64,000 nt of DNA from an uncultured virus (IMG/VR IMGVR_UViG_3300034110_001129). Its lineage: Duplodnaviria; Heunggongvirae; Uroviricota; Caudoviricetes. How positions within the stretch are numbered: the stretch's first letter is position 1; each line of letters starts with the position of its first letter. The notes beneath the pieces were generated by a model. It was not told where the DNA came from. It saw only the letters and a list, made by a program, of their open reading frames with translations, and ran no database searches. Where the stretch lies: IMG/VR virus record IMGVR_UViG_3300034110_001129; one strand, given 5' to 3'. A program made the position numbers and the translations under genes. Below, piece by piece: positions 1 to 9,288 of the stretch.

Positions 1-2
1 TT

Positions 3-1499
3 ACTAACATCGTGTTAGAAGAAGACAATGTGGGTGATAAGTTTGCGGGTCTTGATTTAGGTTCGATGCCTGATATTGATTTGAGTTCATTTAATAAAAC
101 TCGACTAAGTTTCACCTTGCCGAGTGGTGATTATGTCGCCAAGGTGGAAAGCAACGAATTTGTGGTTAAAAAACGTTCAAAAGGTCGAGAAGCATCAATC
201 TATCAACATTTTGATAAAAAAGACCTGACAGTCGAACTGGGTAGCAATGAAAAAGAAAATGAAGTCGCTGTTCGTGCTTTGATTGAAAAATTTGTGAAAG
301 AAGACTATAAATTGCTGAATGGTGAAGATGAATCGACTTACGATGACCCAGTAATGGGCATTAACTATGATGGTGCTTATTGCATTAATCGTGATATCGG
401 ATGGTTGCTGTTTGGCTATATCAGTAAACAAATGGGTTTCATTCGACCAACTGAATCCAACATGTTGATTAAACTGTTCATGCTTGAAGACACTGTTCGA
501 TTCCCAGAACTAGAAAGCGTTATGCGTCTTGAAATGATGCAGACCTTTAACATCTTGAAAGCACATGGTCATGACATTGATAATGAAGTTGAATCGAATG
601 ACATGGATAACTATGTTTATTATGTTGAAAAAGGTGATATTCAAGGTAACGTCTACACCAGCCAGAATAACATGTTTTTGGTCGCTCGCAATACAAAGAC
701 CGGTGTCTTGAAAGTCTGGAATACAATGAAAATTTGTGATCATTGGATGGAACGTGTTGAAGAAAATGCTGATATTGATGAAGATGACAACACTGTCTTT
801 AACGTAGCTGAATACTTGCAAGAGTTTTGTAATGCTACTTATGCTAACCAATATGATTATCCATTTGAATTTAATGCAGATGGTTATCGTAAGAGTGTTG
901 ATGTGTTGATGGACGAATTTGAAACCGCAACCAATGATTTGGTGTATGATTCTGAAAAAGGTTACATGACTTCACAATACATGGCGTTTAACTCACTCGC
1001 AATGGAATTGAGCTACACCAATAGCCTCTTGACAGATGAATACAATGTAAAAAGAGATATTTTGGTGTTAACTGATATGGATATCAATTCTCCTGAGTAT
1101 GTAATTCGCAGTCTGATAGGTAAAACAGCTACAAATCGTGCAGGTGTTTTGCATTATCTGTTGACATGTGGTGGTACAGGTTATTATTGGAATGGAATGA
1201 GCTTTGCCAATGATAAAAACATCTTTAAAGATTATGCTAAAACTGAGGGTGAAAACGATTATGGGCCATTAAAATCATCTCGTGCGTTTTCTTTTGGTTT
1301 GGGTTCACTATCAACACCACCAAAAGACTTGCCGGAATCATGGCGTAAGGTTGTTTTTGAAATGGCTGTCTATTTGACGGATTGGGCGATTAAGAATCCT
1401 GATGATAAGGAAGCCATCACCTACAAAGACGATTTGGCAAAAATATTTGAAGACTACTACTATGATGATGTATTTCAAAAAGTGAAAGCAGCCAGTTGA
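3..1499 (+). CDS. Hypothetical acidic protein, probably 5'-truncated by the window edge
   Basis: 495-aa ORF from GTG at 12; frame is open back to the window start; followed by a terminator hairpin. Confidence 0.8.
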   Translation, partial: TNIVLEEDNVGDKFAGLDLGSMPDIDLSSFNKTRLSFTLPSGDYVAKVESNEFVVKKRSKGREASIYQHFDKKDLTVELGSNEKENEVAVRALIEKFVKEDYKLLNGEDESTYDDPVMGINYDGAYCINRDIGWLLFGYISKQMGFIRPTESNMLIKLFMLEDTVRFPELESVMRLEMMQTFNILKAHGHDIDNEVESNDMDNYVYYVEKGDIQGNVYTSQNNMFLVARNTKTGVLKVWNTMKICDHWMERVEENADIDEDDNTVFNVAEYLQEFCNATYANQYDYPFEFNADGYRKSVDVLMDEFETATNDLVYDSEKGYMTSQYMAFNSLAMELSYTNSLLTDEYNVKRDILVLTDMDINSPEYVIRSLIGKTATNRAGVLHYLLTCGGTGYYWNGMSFANDKNIFKDYAKTEGENDYGPLKSSRAFSFGLGSLSTPPKDLPESWRKVVFEMAVYLTDWAIKNPDDKEAITYKDDLAKIFEDYYYDDVFQKVKAAS

Positions 1500-1511
1500 T
1501 AGGTAACAAAT

Positions 1512-1537
1512 AAAAAAGAGGCTTTGGCCTCTTTTTT
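1512..1537 (+). terminator. Intrinsic terminator (possibly bidirectional)
   Basis: AAAAAAGAGGC-TTTG-GCCTCTTTTTT directly after the stop at 1499. Confidence 0.8.
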
Positions 1538-1556
1538 GTATTCAAAATTTAAGCAC

Positions 1557-1679
1557 AAAAAAACCACAATGAAGTGGCTTAATGTTTGGATTCTAAAATC
1601 CGTGGTCTTCTTCTCGCATAGATATATCCTTTCAAGAATATAACATTGGTATTATAAAAATAGCTCATGAGAAAGTCAA
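1557..1679 (-). ncRNA. Small orphan transcription unit (sRNA or 8-aa peptide MREEDHGF at 1593-1619)
   Basis: TTGACT-N17-TATAAT (1679-1651), AAGGA RBS-like element, terminator AGCCAC-TTCATT-GTGGTTTTTTT. Confidence 0.45.
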
Positions 1680-1706
1680 AGAAATACCACATCTAAGTAG
1701 CATTGA

Positions 1707-2231
1707 TTATTTCAGTGGTTCGCCTTCGGCAATAAAGTATTTGTTAACAACATTTGCAAAGTCTCGATAGTTCATCTTATTGCTCAACTGTTTTTCTGCT
1801 GGGACTTTCTTATCATTAGCATAGAACTCATAATAAGAACTCAGCGTCATAAGTGAATCCAATGGCTTTCCAAGCTCTCCAGTAAAGACATAATAGAAAA
1901 AGTCATCATAACCACCGGAATTATTTCGATAAGATTGCGTATCAAAATAGGTTTCAATGACCAGCAAGTTTTTACGGAAATCATTATGGAACACATACTC
2001 TGCAAACTGTTGAATCAACAACTGATGATTAGTACAAATAAGTTCTTCTTCATTACTAATGCTATCAATCTCTTTCTGAATTGCAGCTTTTGCTGTTTCA
2101 TTGGTAATTTTAGGCAGCACCCTTTGAAGTTCATACTTATCATTAGTACGTTGCTCGAAAGCAATATAGTGCTTGATAAAGTCTTCAACCACAGCAACAG
2201 CTTCATTTACAGTCATATTATTATTAATCAT
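1707..2231 (-). CDS. Hypothetical protein
   Basis: 174-aa ORF with AAGGTG RBS. Confidence 0.75.
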   Translation of the reverse strand: MINNNMTVNEAVAVVEDFIKHYIAFEQRTNDKYELQRVLPKITNETAKAAIQKEIDSISNEEELICTNHQLLIQQFAEYVFHNDFRKNLLVIETYFDTQSYRNNSGGYDDFFYYVFTGELGKPLDSLMTLSSYYEFYANDKKVPAEKQLSNKMNYRDFANVVNKYFIAEGEPLK

Positions 2232-2356
2232 TTATTCACCTTTTAAAATTTAATGAAACAAGTATACATTATTTTTGAAAAAAAGAAAGCCACATCAAAG
2301 TGGCGATCAATCAAACTGCTTTAAAGATCTTCATATTCTTCTTGCATAAGTTTTCC

Positions 2357-2716
2357 TTAATAATTGTCTGAATAGAACACTAGTTCAACTTTATCAACAT
2401 AATGTCCTAGACCTGCAGTTTCCAAAACTTCTAGAAATTTTTCTTTTCTATCCTTAGAAATGGAGCCATACTTTAAAGATATTGTGTTGATTTCAGACAT
2501 TGTAATCATCTTAGCGGGTGAATTGACTTCGCCCAAAGGATAAAGCACAATACAAGACCAACCACGGGTGCATTCATCTTCTGTAAATGATACACAGCTC
2601 AAGTTATACTTCCTAGTATCATAATCGTAAAAGTTTTGATCCATTACACGATCAAATTCATCTTCGGTCAAAAGAGATGACGGAAAACCATAACCATAAT
2701 TAATATAATGTTGCAT
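2357..2716 (-). CDS. Hypothetical protein
   Basis: 119-aa ORF, GGAGG RBS, last gene of a 3-gene run. Confidence 0.75.
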   Translation of the reverse strand: MQHYINYGYGFPSSLLTEDEFDRVMDQNFYDYDTRKYNLSCVSFTEDECTRGWSCIVLYPLGEVNSPAKMITMSEINTISLKYGSISKDRKEKFLEVLETAGLGHYVDKVELVFYSDNY

Positions 2717-2719
2717 AGT

Positions 2720-3091
2720 TTAACCTCCTTTATGTGGACTATCTTCGTTATCGGCTAGAAATTTCAATGATTGCTTTTTGTCCAGAACATCAATAAGCTC
2801 TGGTGTAAAACTCCATCCCCAAAACTTCCCTTTGTTATCTCCTTCACTTGAACTGAAAATAACAGTGCCAGAACAACCATTCAAAGTGATGATATCTTGA
2901 ACAGCATGATCCCATAAAAAATCCATGTGTTCCATATCATCTGGATTAAACATGATGTAACCATCTTCATCGACAACATAACTAATGTCATCATCATAAT
3001 GCTCAGCTCGATAATCAAAAAGCTCTTGAATGGCTTTTTCGTTGAGTTTGACTGAGTTGTATTGTAAATCAATTGACCACATTATTGACAC
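2720..3091 (-). CDS. Hypothetical protein
   Basis: 123-aa ORF, AAGGAG RBS, overlaps upstream stop. Confidence 0.75.
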   Translation of the reverse strand: MSIMWSIDLQYNSVKLNEKAIQELFDYRAEHYDDDISYVVDEDGYIMFNPDDMEHMDFLWDHAVQDIITLNGCSGTVIFSSSEGDNKGKFWGWSFTPELIDVLDKKQSLKFLADNEDSPHKGG

Positions 3092-3411
3092 TCCTTGACA
3101 TTGCTATTCCACTCATCAATACTTTGATCATAAAGTCCTTCATCCCCTTCAAGTTTAAGAATGCGAATCTCATCAAATTCCCGAGAGATTTCATCTAGAC
3201 GGTGTAGATGAGACATTACGTCTTCAAAATTAGGATAGGATTTTTTCACACTCTTCCAATCTTTTCCCAATGGATAAACAATTTGACAAGGTGTGCTAGC
3301 ATCAGGAGAAACAGTGACTTCAACGTAGCATTCAAATTTTGAAGTGCCACGATTTCGTTTTTCAATAAAAGCCATCTCAATTTCAATGGTATCTGACAGT
3401 TGAAAACTCAT
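3082..3411 (-). CDS. Hypothetical protein
   Basis: 109-aa ORF; TGCTATAAT at 3446-3454 upstream. Confidence 0.75.
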   Translation of the reverse strand: MSFQLSDTIEIEMAFIEKRNRGTSKFECYVEVTVSPDASTPCQIVYPLGKDWKSVKKSYPNFEDVMSHLHRLDEISREFDEIRILKLEGDEGLYDQSIDEWNSNVKECQ

Positions 3412-3477
3412 ATAAACCCCTTATCTTTAATTAAAATTGAATTAAATTATAGCATAAATTGAGATAGATTTAAACAA

Positions 3478-4797
3478 TTATTTCAATGACTCATCAAAAA
3501 TAATAATCGAATGACCTAGAACACGATTTTGATCTTCTGGTAATACATAGTTAGACACAAAACCATTGTCTGTCATAAATTTGAATTGTGATGAACCACC
3601 ACCATCCAAATTCAACATGTAATCAAAGCCCATTGCCACCCCAAAATTTTGAAGCTCTTGCAGAGTGCAACCACCTGTGCCATTGGGATTATTCTCAACG
3701 ACAATAAAAACAATCTCACGACCCAATGTAGCCACTGCAGTTCGAGGATGGATTTGCATACCATGCCCAAGGAAACTAGGTGGATTGATTTCACCATTTT
3801 TAACAGGTATCATTTCTTCCACGGAAATAGGGACGGCTTTTCCTTTATGAATTAATAATGGCGTACAACCAAGAATGTATTTAGCTTCTTTATTAAGATT
3901 TTCATAATTAGTGATTTTCCAATAATCACCCTTTTCATTTTGTGTTAAAAAACCATAATCTTTAATATCGATGTAATCTTCAAAAAGGTTTTCTCTGATT
4001 TTAACCAAGCCAACTGGATCGCCTATATTAAATTTATCATCCTTCCAACTGTAGAAATTTTTTCGATAATGATTAAATCCGCCATTAATAATAAAACGAA
4101 TACCTTTTTGCGATTTAATAATATCATCAAGTGATGCACCTTCACCAATCACATTACCAGCTACGTTAGGAGCAACAGCTTCTGATGATTTAGAAATGAC
4201 CATAGAAAGATTTTCGTCAAAATTTTGGTAGTAATTGATCATGCTAAGTGTTTCTTCACGACCAGAGAAAAGATAAGGCATGGTTGTAATATCCACCAAT
4301 TTTTCGGGAACAATCATATGATCAGAATCAAAAAATCCATTTTCATCACCCTTAGAAACAGGTTCACGAAGATCTATTTCAACATTATCCAAAGCTGATT
4401 CAAAAGAAGTTTTTTCTTGCTCATCAATATTGCCCCCAAAACGATTAATCAAATCTGATATTGAATCAATAAAGAATTGTTTTTCAACACCTTCTGGTAA
4501 GTAGATAGTGCCATCAGATACTTCTGTTTCCATATAGAAACGTAAACAAGAAAGAGCTTCTGATTCAGGGACTTCAATAAGGTGGAAATCATCAATAGAG
4601 TCAAAAATACCACCCGTAAATTCAGGAATAGTATCAATTGTTTCAAAAGAAAACCCAGCATAAGCGAAGCCCAGAATAACAAGATTTTCATTGTAATGGA
4701 ATATAAGAGCCTGTTCTGCCTCACGTTCAATGCTTAAAGCATCTAAAACATAATATTTATTATCTTTTTGTGGTAAACTTAATAATTTACTTAGCAT
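3478..4797 (-). CDS. Phosphodiester glycosidase (NAGPA/DUF2233-like) domain protein with unknown N-terminal half
   Basis: Motifs INGGF, HPRTAVA, NLDGGGSSQ in the C-terminal half. Confidence 0.8.
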   Translation of the reverse strand: MLSKLLSLPQKDNKYYVLDALSIEREAEQALIFHYNENLVILGFAYAGFSFETIDTIPEFTGGIFDSIDDFHLIEVPESEALSCLRFYMETEVSDGTIYLPEGVEKQFFIDSISDLINRFGGNIDEQEKTSFESALDNVEIDLREPVSKGDENGFFDSDHMIVPEKLVDITTMPYLFSGREETLSMINYYQNFDENLSMVISKSSEAVAPNVAGNVIGEGASLDDIIKSQKGIRFIINGGFNHYRKNFYSWKDDKFNIGDPVGLVKIRENLFEDYIDIKDYGFLTQNEKGDYWKITNYENLNKEAKYILGCTPLLIHKGKAVPISVEEMIPVKNGEINPPSFLGHGMQIHPRTAVATLGREIVFIVVENNPNGTGGCTLQELQNFGVAMGFDYMLNLDGGGSSQFKFMTDNGFVSNYVLPEDQNRVLGHSIIIFDESLK

Positions 4798-4934
4798 TCC
4801 TATGATACTCCCAATATAGGGAGAATATATTACACTAAACGAGTAAAAAAAACAATCATTTTTTACTGAGTTCTCACAAATAGTTAATCAAACAATATTT
4901 TCAATTTTCCTGTATAATCGTAAAACATAGATTA

Positions 4935-5345
4935 TCAATAACTACCACTTTCAGATGAGTCGGAGCAATCTCCATAATCTTCTGTTTCAATACACCGCTT
5001 AGCTTTCGCATCCCATAGAGCACGTTGTTTAATTTTTTTACGGCTATCTTCAAAGTCTGCTGCCTGAAAGAATAAGTTTCTTTTCTTCCAAAAAAGGTCA
5101 TAAGACTCTTTAGCCTTTACTTGTTGTTGATCAAATCGTTTACTGTCTTGCTTTGCACAGTGAACCAAAAATGCAATTAACCCAACCATGCTAGCCAGCG
5201 ATACAGGAGCCAAATATGATTCTGGTAAACCAAAAGGAATGACAATCAATAAGGCAATACCTGATGAAAACATTAATAATATCATCAGTCCTAACAGGCC
5301 ACAAATTAACATGATACCAGATTGTTCAGCTCTCATATTTGCCAC
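4935..5345 (-). CDS. Two-TM membrane protein
   Basis: 136 aa, two hydrophobic segments, GGAGG RBS. Confidence 0.7.
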   Translation of the reverse strand: MANMRAEQSGIMLICGLLGLMILLMFSSGIALLIVIPFGLPESYLAPVSLASMVGLIAFLVHCAKQDSKRFDQQQVKAKESYDLFWKKRNLFFQAADFEDSRKKIKQRALWDAKAKRCIETEDYGDCSDSSESGSY

Positions 5346-5484
5346 CTCCTACTCAAAGATGTTTATTATAACAAAAGTTATGAAAAAAAACAACAATATA
5401 TTAATATGAAGAAACTAATATTTATATATGTATCAACTTGAAATAAACATTAATTAATATATATTTAATGAAAGGGGAATTATC

Positions 5485-5994
5485 ATGACATTTAAAGAAG
5501 GAATAGCAGCAACAGCAATAATAATAGGGGTTACAGTGAGTGCAATATTTTTGATATCCGAAATGAACACTAAAACTATACTCAAAATATACACGGACAA
5601 TATAAACCAATTTGTTGACATAATTGAAGATAATAAAGGTGTTGATTTCATGAATTACAAATACAAATTAAATTCACGTATCAATTGTGTCGATAAAACA
5701 TGTTCATACAAAACAGAATACAAAAATGAAATGGTGACTAATACCGATGTTGTTATACAATTAAAAGCTAACAATACACCAGAAAAAATAATCTATAAAT
5801 TAGAAGCTATCCGAAGAATTGATAGCATATCAGAAGAAACAAGAAAAGATATGCAAAATTACTACAAATTTCTTGAATATAATTTAAAAAAGAAGAATGT
5901 TGATGTGTATTACACCACTAATGATAATAAAGTTTTGACATTAGATGAATGTTTTATGACAAAAGATTGTTTGTTCATTATCAAATTTAAATAA
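5485..5994 (+). CDS. Hypothetical protein with N-terminal TM/signal anchor
   Basis: 169 aa, hydrophobic residues about 6-24, AGGGG RBS. Confidence 0.7.
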   Translation: MTFKEGIAATAIIIGVTVSAIFLISEMNTKTILKIYTDNINQFVDIIEDNKGVDFMNYKYKLNSRINCVDKTCSYKTEYKNEMVTNTDVVIQLKANNTPEKIIYKLEAIRRIDSISEETRKDMQNYYKFLEYNLKKKNVDVYYTTNDNKVLTLDECFMTKDCLFIIKFK

Positions 5995-6058
5995 TTAAAT
6001 AAAAAGATAATAAAAAGCGACTGTAATATACAATCGCTTTTTTATCTATAAAATTTAA

Positions 6059-6703
6059 TTAATAACGAACTTTTTGCCAAAGTTTATCAGCTTCCGCCAA
6101 CGATTCCTTAGTTAATGTCTCATAATTCTCTTTTCGTTTACGCCAAAATATTTTTGACAAGAAAAAGAACGGTTCTGGTACTTCATATTTATTGGTATCT
6201 GTAATGTCAATGTAACAAATTCGAGTATAAGGATCATACGATGTATCATTTTCATCGTCTTCATCATAATTATCATCAATATCGTCACACTCATCAGGTG
6301 ACAATACACGACCAGTCGCCGTTTCAACAAGATAATCATCATCGTATTTGTCTAACCATTGAGAACTTTTAATCAAAAACAACAAAACATCAACTTCTTC
6401 ATGAATACAAGGGAAGTTCATACCTGTTCTTGGATCTCGATAAGGCACACCATACTTTTCAGCAATTTTATACAACAATGAATAAAACACGATTTCATCT
6501 TGCTCATTAAATTTAAAAGCATCAAAAGAAATAAACAAAGCCCTGTCCAGAATTTCAGGCATTTCAATATTGTGTTCTATGGCACTGTAACTCACAATGA
6601 TGTTACCACTCTTTCGAATGCTTTCAAAAATAGACGGAAGATTTAATGGAGCATTCTCTTTTAATTTAATCACAAACCCAGTAGTGCATTCATCACAATC
6701 CAT
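6059..6703 (-). CDS. Hypothetical protein
   Basis: 214 aa, AGGAG RBS. Confidence 0.75.
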   Translation of the reverse strand: MDCDECTTGFVIKLKENAPLNLPSIFESIRKSGNIIVSYSAIEHNIEMPEILDRALFISFDAFKFNEQDEIVFYSLLYKIAEKYGVPYRDPRTGMNFPCIHEEVDVLLFLIKSSQWLDKYDDDYLVETATGRVLSPDECDDIDDNYDEDDENDTSYDPYTRICYIDITDTNKYEVPEPFFFLSKIFWRKRKENYETLTKESLAEADKLWQKVRY

Positions 6704-6758
6704 AACTATCTCCTAAATGTTTTAATAAAAATAACATGTAAATCAACAATAATCAACA

Positions 6759-6983
6759 TTAATGTAATGGAAAAAGATCATCTCCAAAATACGAATTTTC
6801 TCTAATTTTTTTAGATTTTTGATTGTACATAAAAAACCACACAATAAGAAAAGCACCAAAAAAAGAAAGTAGAATAGGCATTTTAATGTTAAAATCAGGT
6901 TGTCGATTAACGAAAAAATCAACACCTGAACACAAGATTCCACCGATGAACCCTACAATAAACCAAGAAATAATACAAATCAT
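6759..6983 (-). CDS. Small two-TM membrane protein
   Basis: 74 aa, AAGGA RBS, two hydrophobic stretches. Confidence 0.6.
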   Translation of the reverse strand: MICIISWFIVGFIGGILCSGVDFFVNRQPDFNIKMPILLSFFGAFLIVWFFMYNQKSKKIRENSYFGDDLFPLH

Positions 6984-6992
6984 TTGTTATCC

Positions 6993-7709
6993 TTAAATTA
7001 AACTCATGTCCAACAATGTAATATGATCAGGTGTTACATATTTCTTCCAATTCAATAGTTTTAAATAGCTGCAATCTTTAAAGGCAGGAATGAAATCGGC
7101 CAGTTCAACTGCAGTAATCAGCTTTTTTCCTACCTTGAAGTAAACATCCGTAATTGTTTTTTTGTCTGGATCATAATCAACACGCGATAATCCAAAATAT
7201 AAATCAGAATCAAAAAATTTCCCAAAATAATCGGCTGAACTCGCATAAGATGTGATATACCATTCTGTCTCTGGGCCACGAACAGTTACCATCAAAGTTG
7301 GTTGTCCATACCAGTTGTAAGCAAAAATAGAAGGTTTTTTAGAAGGGACAAGCTTTAAGGTATCTAAATAATAATGACCTTTAAACGTCAATAGATATTC
7401 TTTGTTTTTCCTTTCTCTATAAGATGAACCATAATGTGTAGAACATTCTTTAAAATAGAGTTCAATAACTTCATTTCCCATTATTTTGTAAAAAGAATAA
7501 TTAAACTCAGTCAAGCTCGAATGGTTTTCGTTTATTTTATCAAATATGACTTCAAAACTACCATTTTTTTCATGATCGACATCACGTTGAACATACCCTA
7601 ATGCATATAGTTGATGAAAATCACTTTTAACAGTGATACACTTATTTGCAGATAGAGCCGCATCAATTTCTTCAATGGTGGATTCAATATTATCACTGAT
7701 TTCGGCCAT
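6993..7709 (-). CDS. C-terminal MxxI-tag family protein (paralog of 7711-8520)
   Basis: Ends LNWKKYVTPDHITLLDMSLI; shares GNEVIELYF/GNKVTELYF with its neighbour. Confidence 0.8.
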   Translation of the reverse strand: MAEISDNIESTIEEIDAALSANKCITVKSDFHQLYALGYVQRDVDHEKNGSFEVIFDKINENHSSLTEFNYSFYKIMGNEVIELYFKECSTHYGSSYRERKNKEYLLTFKGHYYLDTLKLVPSKKPSIFAYNWYGQPTLMVTVRGPETEWYITSYASSADYFGKFFDSDLYFGLSRVDYDPDKKTITDVYFKVGKKLITAVELADFIPAFKDCSYLKLLNWKKYVTPDHITLLDMSLI

Positions 7710-7710
7710 C

Positions 7711-8520
7711 TTAAATAACCTTCATTTCAAGAACCATAATTTGTTCAGGTGTTACAAACCGTTCCCAGTTCAATTGCTCAATAGGCTTCAAATCCATCAG
7801 TTCTGGCATAACATCTGCAATTTGTTTAACATCAATTTGACGATCACCCAAACGAAACACAACCGATTTAATACGTTTTTTATGAGTGTAATTGACAATT
7901 GCCACATCAAATACATTGTCAGATTCATACTCTTTATAGATAACATCATCTTGATATGCATGGTCGCCATCAAAAAACCAAATCACTCGATTTTTAGTAA
8001 CGGTACAAGTCACAGAGATATCGCCATTCTTTTTATAACCAATGATGGAAGGATTCGACATTCTTGGAAATTTAATATCTCGCATAGTCTTATACTCAAG
8101 AACATCAGGCATAGAATCTTTGAGATAGGTGCCTTTCAACACAAGACTGTAGAAATAATCATTATAGTCCTCTTTAAAGGTAAATGTTTCTCTCATGAAA
8201 TAAAGCTCTGTCACTTTGTTACCATCTACTTTTTGGAACGTTCTTTGATGGTCATGAACAACATGCTCACGCTCCATGACTGATTTTTCAATTACGTTAA
8301 CATAGTAAGTTGGAATAGCGTTTTCTGCTTCAGTTTTGCAAGTCTCTACAAAGCCAAGCTTATGTAAAAGATCAAAAGATTGTCCACACATCATGAAGCA
8401 CTCACGACCATTCAATGTCGCTTGAAGGGCAGAAAGCAAAACATCATCAGAAGGGATTTCTTTTTGTGCAATTTGATCAGCAATGAAATACATTTCACGA
8501 CCCAGTGTAATATGTGACAT
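7711..8520 (-). CDS. C-terminal MxxI-tag family protein
   Basis: Ends LNWERFVTPEQIMVLEMKVI; TGGTACAAT promoter upstream. Confidence 0.8.
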   Translation of the reverse strand: MSHITLGREMYFIADQIAQKEIPSDDVLLSALQATLNGRECFMMCGQSFDLLHKLGFVETCKTEAENAIPTYYVNVIEKSVMEREHVVHDHQRTFQKVDGNKVTELYFMRETFTFKEDYNDYFYSLVLKGTYLKDSMPDVLEYKTMRDIKFPRMSNPSIIGYKKNGDISVTCTVTKNRVIWFFDGDHAYQDDVIYKEYESDNVFDVAIVNYTHKKRIKSVVFRLGDRQIDVKQIADVMPELMDLKPIEQLNWERFVTPEQIMVLEMKVI

Positions 8521-8577
8521 AGTTGAAGCCTCATTTGGATTTGCGTTATTGTACCATAAAACTAAATTGCAATCAAC

Positions 8578-8606
8578 AAAAAACCCCTTGCAAGCAAGAG
8601 GTCTTT
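8578..8606 (-). terminator. Intrinsic terminator downstream of the tRNA-like RNA
   Basis: Minus strand ACCTCTTGC-TT-GCAAGGGGT-TTTT. Confidence 0.7.
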
Positions 8607-8617
8607 AAGAATTTTTG

Positions 8618-8750
8618 AGCCTGATCATGGAATCGAACCACCTACTTTTTCAGAGAGTTATCTAGAGCCTCTCAGGTCAAGCATTCGCAAACCAAGTTCG
8701 GTCGTCAGTAGAAGTTTCGAACCTTCAGTAACTTCCTAGCGAAATCAGGC
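8618..8750 (-). ncRNA. tRNA-like RNA (133 nt; non-canonical interior)
   Basis: 7-bp acceptor-like stem GCCTGAT/ATCAGGC, T-arm GTGG-TTCGATT-CCAT at the canonical 3' position, oversized interior; own promoter and terminator. Confidence 0.65.
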
Positions 8751-8793
8751 ATTAAGTTATCATTTCAAGGTTTTCCCCTGACTTGATAGGACT

Positions 8794-8822
8794 ATAATAT
8801 CAAAATATCAAAAAATATGCAA
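8794..8822 (-). promoter_or_regulatory. Sigma70-type promoter of the tRNA-like RNA
   Basis: TTGCAT-N17-TATTAT with TGn extended -10. Confidence 0.65.
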
Positions 8823-8880
8823 GCATTATTTGCGATTTTTTTTTAGATTGATAAGATGATTACTCAACAGGAGATTACAG

Positions 8881-9252
8881 ATGAATGATAGATTTGAAAG
8901 AAATAAAAGAGCTGCACTTTTTATTGCCTACGATAACATTGTAGAAATTGTCAAAAATGAATTGGTTCAAGCGGGAAAAAATAGATTTATTCGTATAAAC
9001 CACAAAGGACAGTTTACTTTAATGGGCGTCGGTCAAGCAGATAAGTTGATTTTTACTTATGACCAAGAAGAATTTTTTGACACTCCGTTTGAAAATTTTA
9101 AAGCATATGCTTTTCAAGTTATATCCATTGAAAGCGATGTAACATATGATCAACGTGTCAACCAAGAATGGAAAGTCATGCTAGATAACGTATTAATGAA
9201 GTTTCAAAGCAATGCAGAATCAAAAATAATAGATGTTGTCATTACAGTTTGA
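8881..9252 (+). CDS. Hypothetical protein
   Basis: 123 aa, GGGAG RBS. Confidence 0.75.
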   Translation: MNDRFERNKRAALFIAYDNIVEIVKNELVQAGKNRFIRINHKGQFTLMGVGQADKLIFTYDQEEFFDTPFENFKAYAFQVISIESDVTYDQRVNQEWKVMLDNVLMKFQSNAESKIIDVVITV

Positions 9253-9288
9253 AAACAAATAAACCACTAGCAACCTAGTGGTTTTTAA

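Noticed and set aside
7633..8283. 216-aa plus-strand ORF (likewise 16780-17343, 19959-20567, 37550-38179, 48720-49361 and the other short overlapping ORFs)
   Set aside because: Antisense shadows of well-supported minus-strand genes; no RBS or motif support.
8618..8750. Canonical tRNA or amber suppressor call
   Set aside because: Too long, no standard D-arm and no clean 5-bp stem around the CTCTAGA loop; reported only as tRNA-like.
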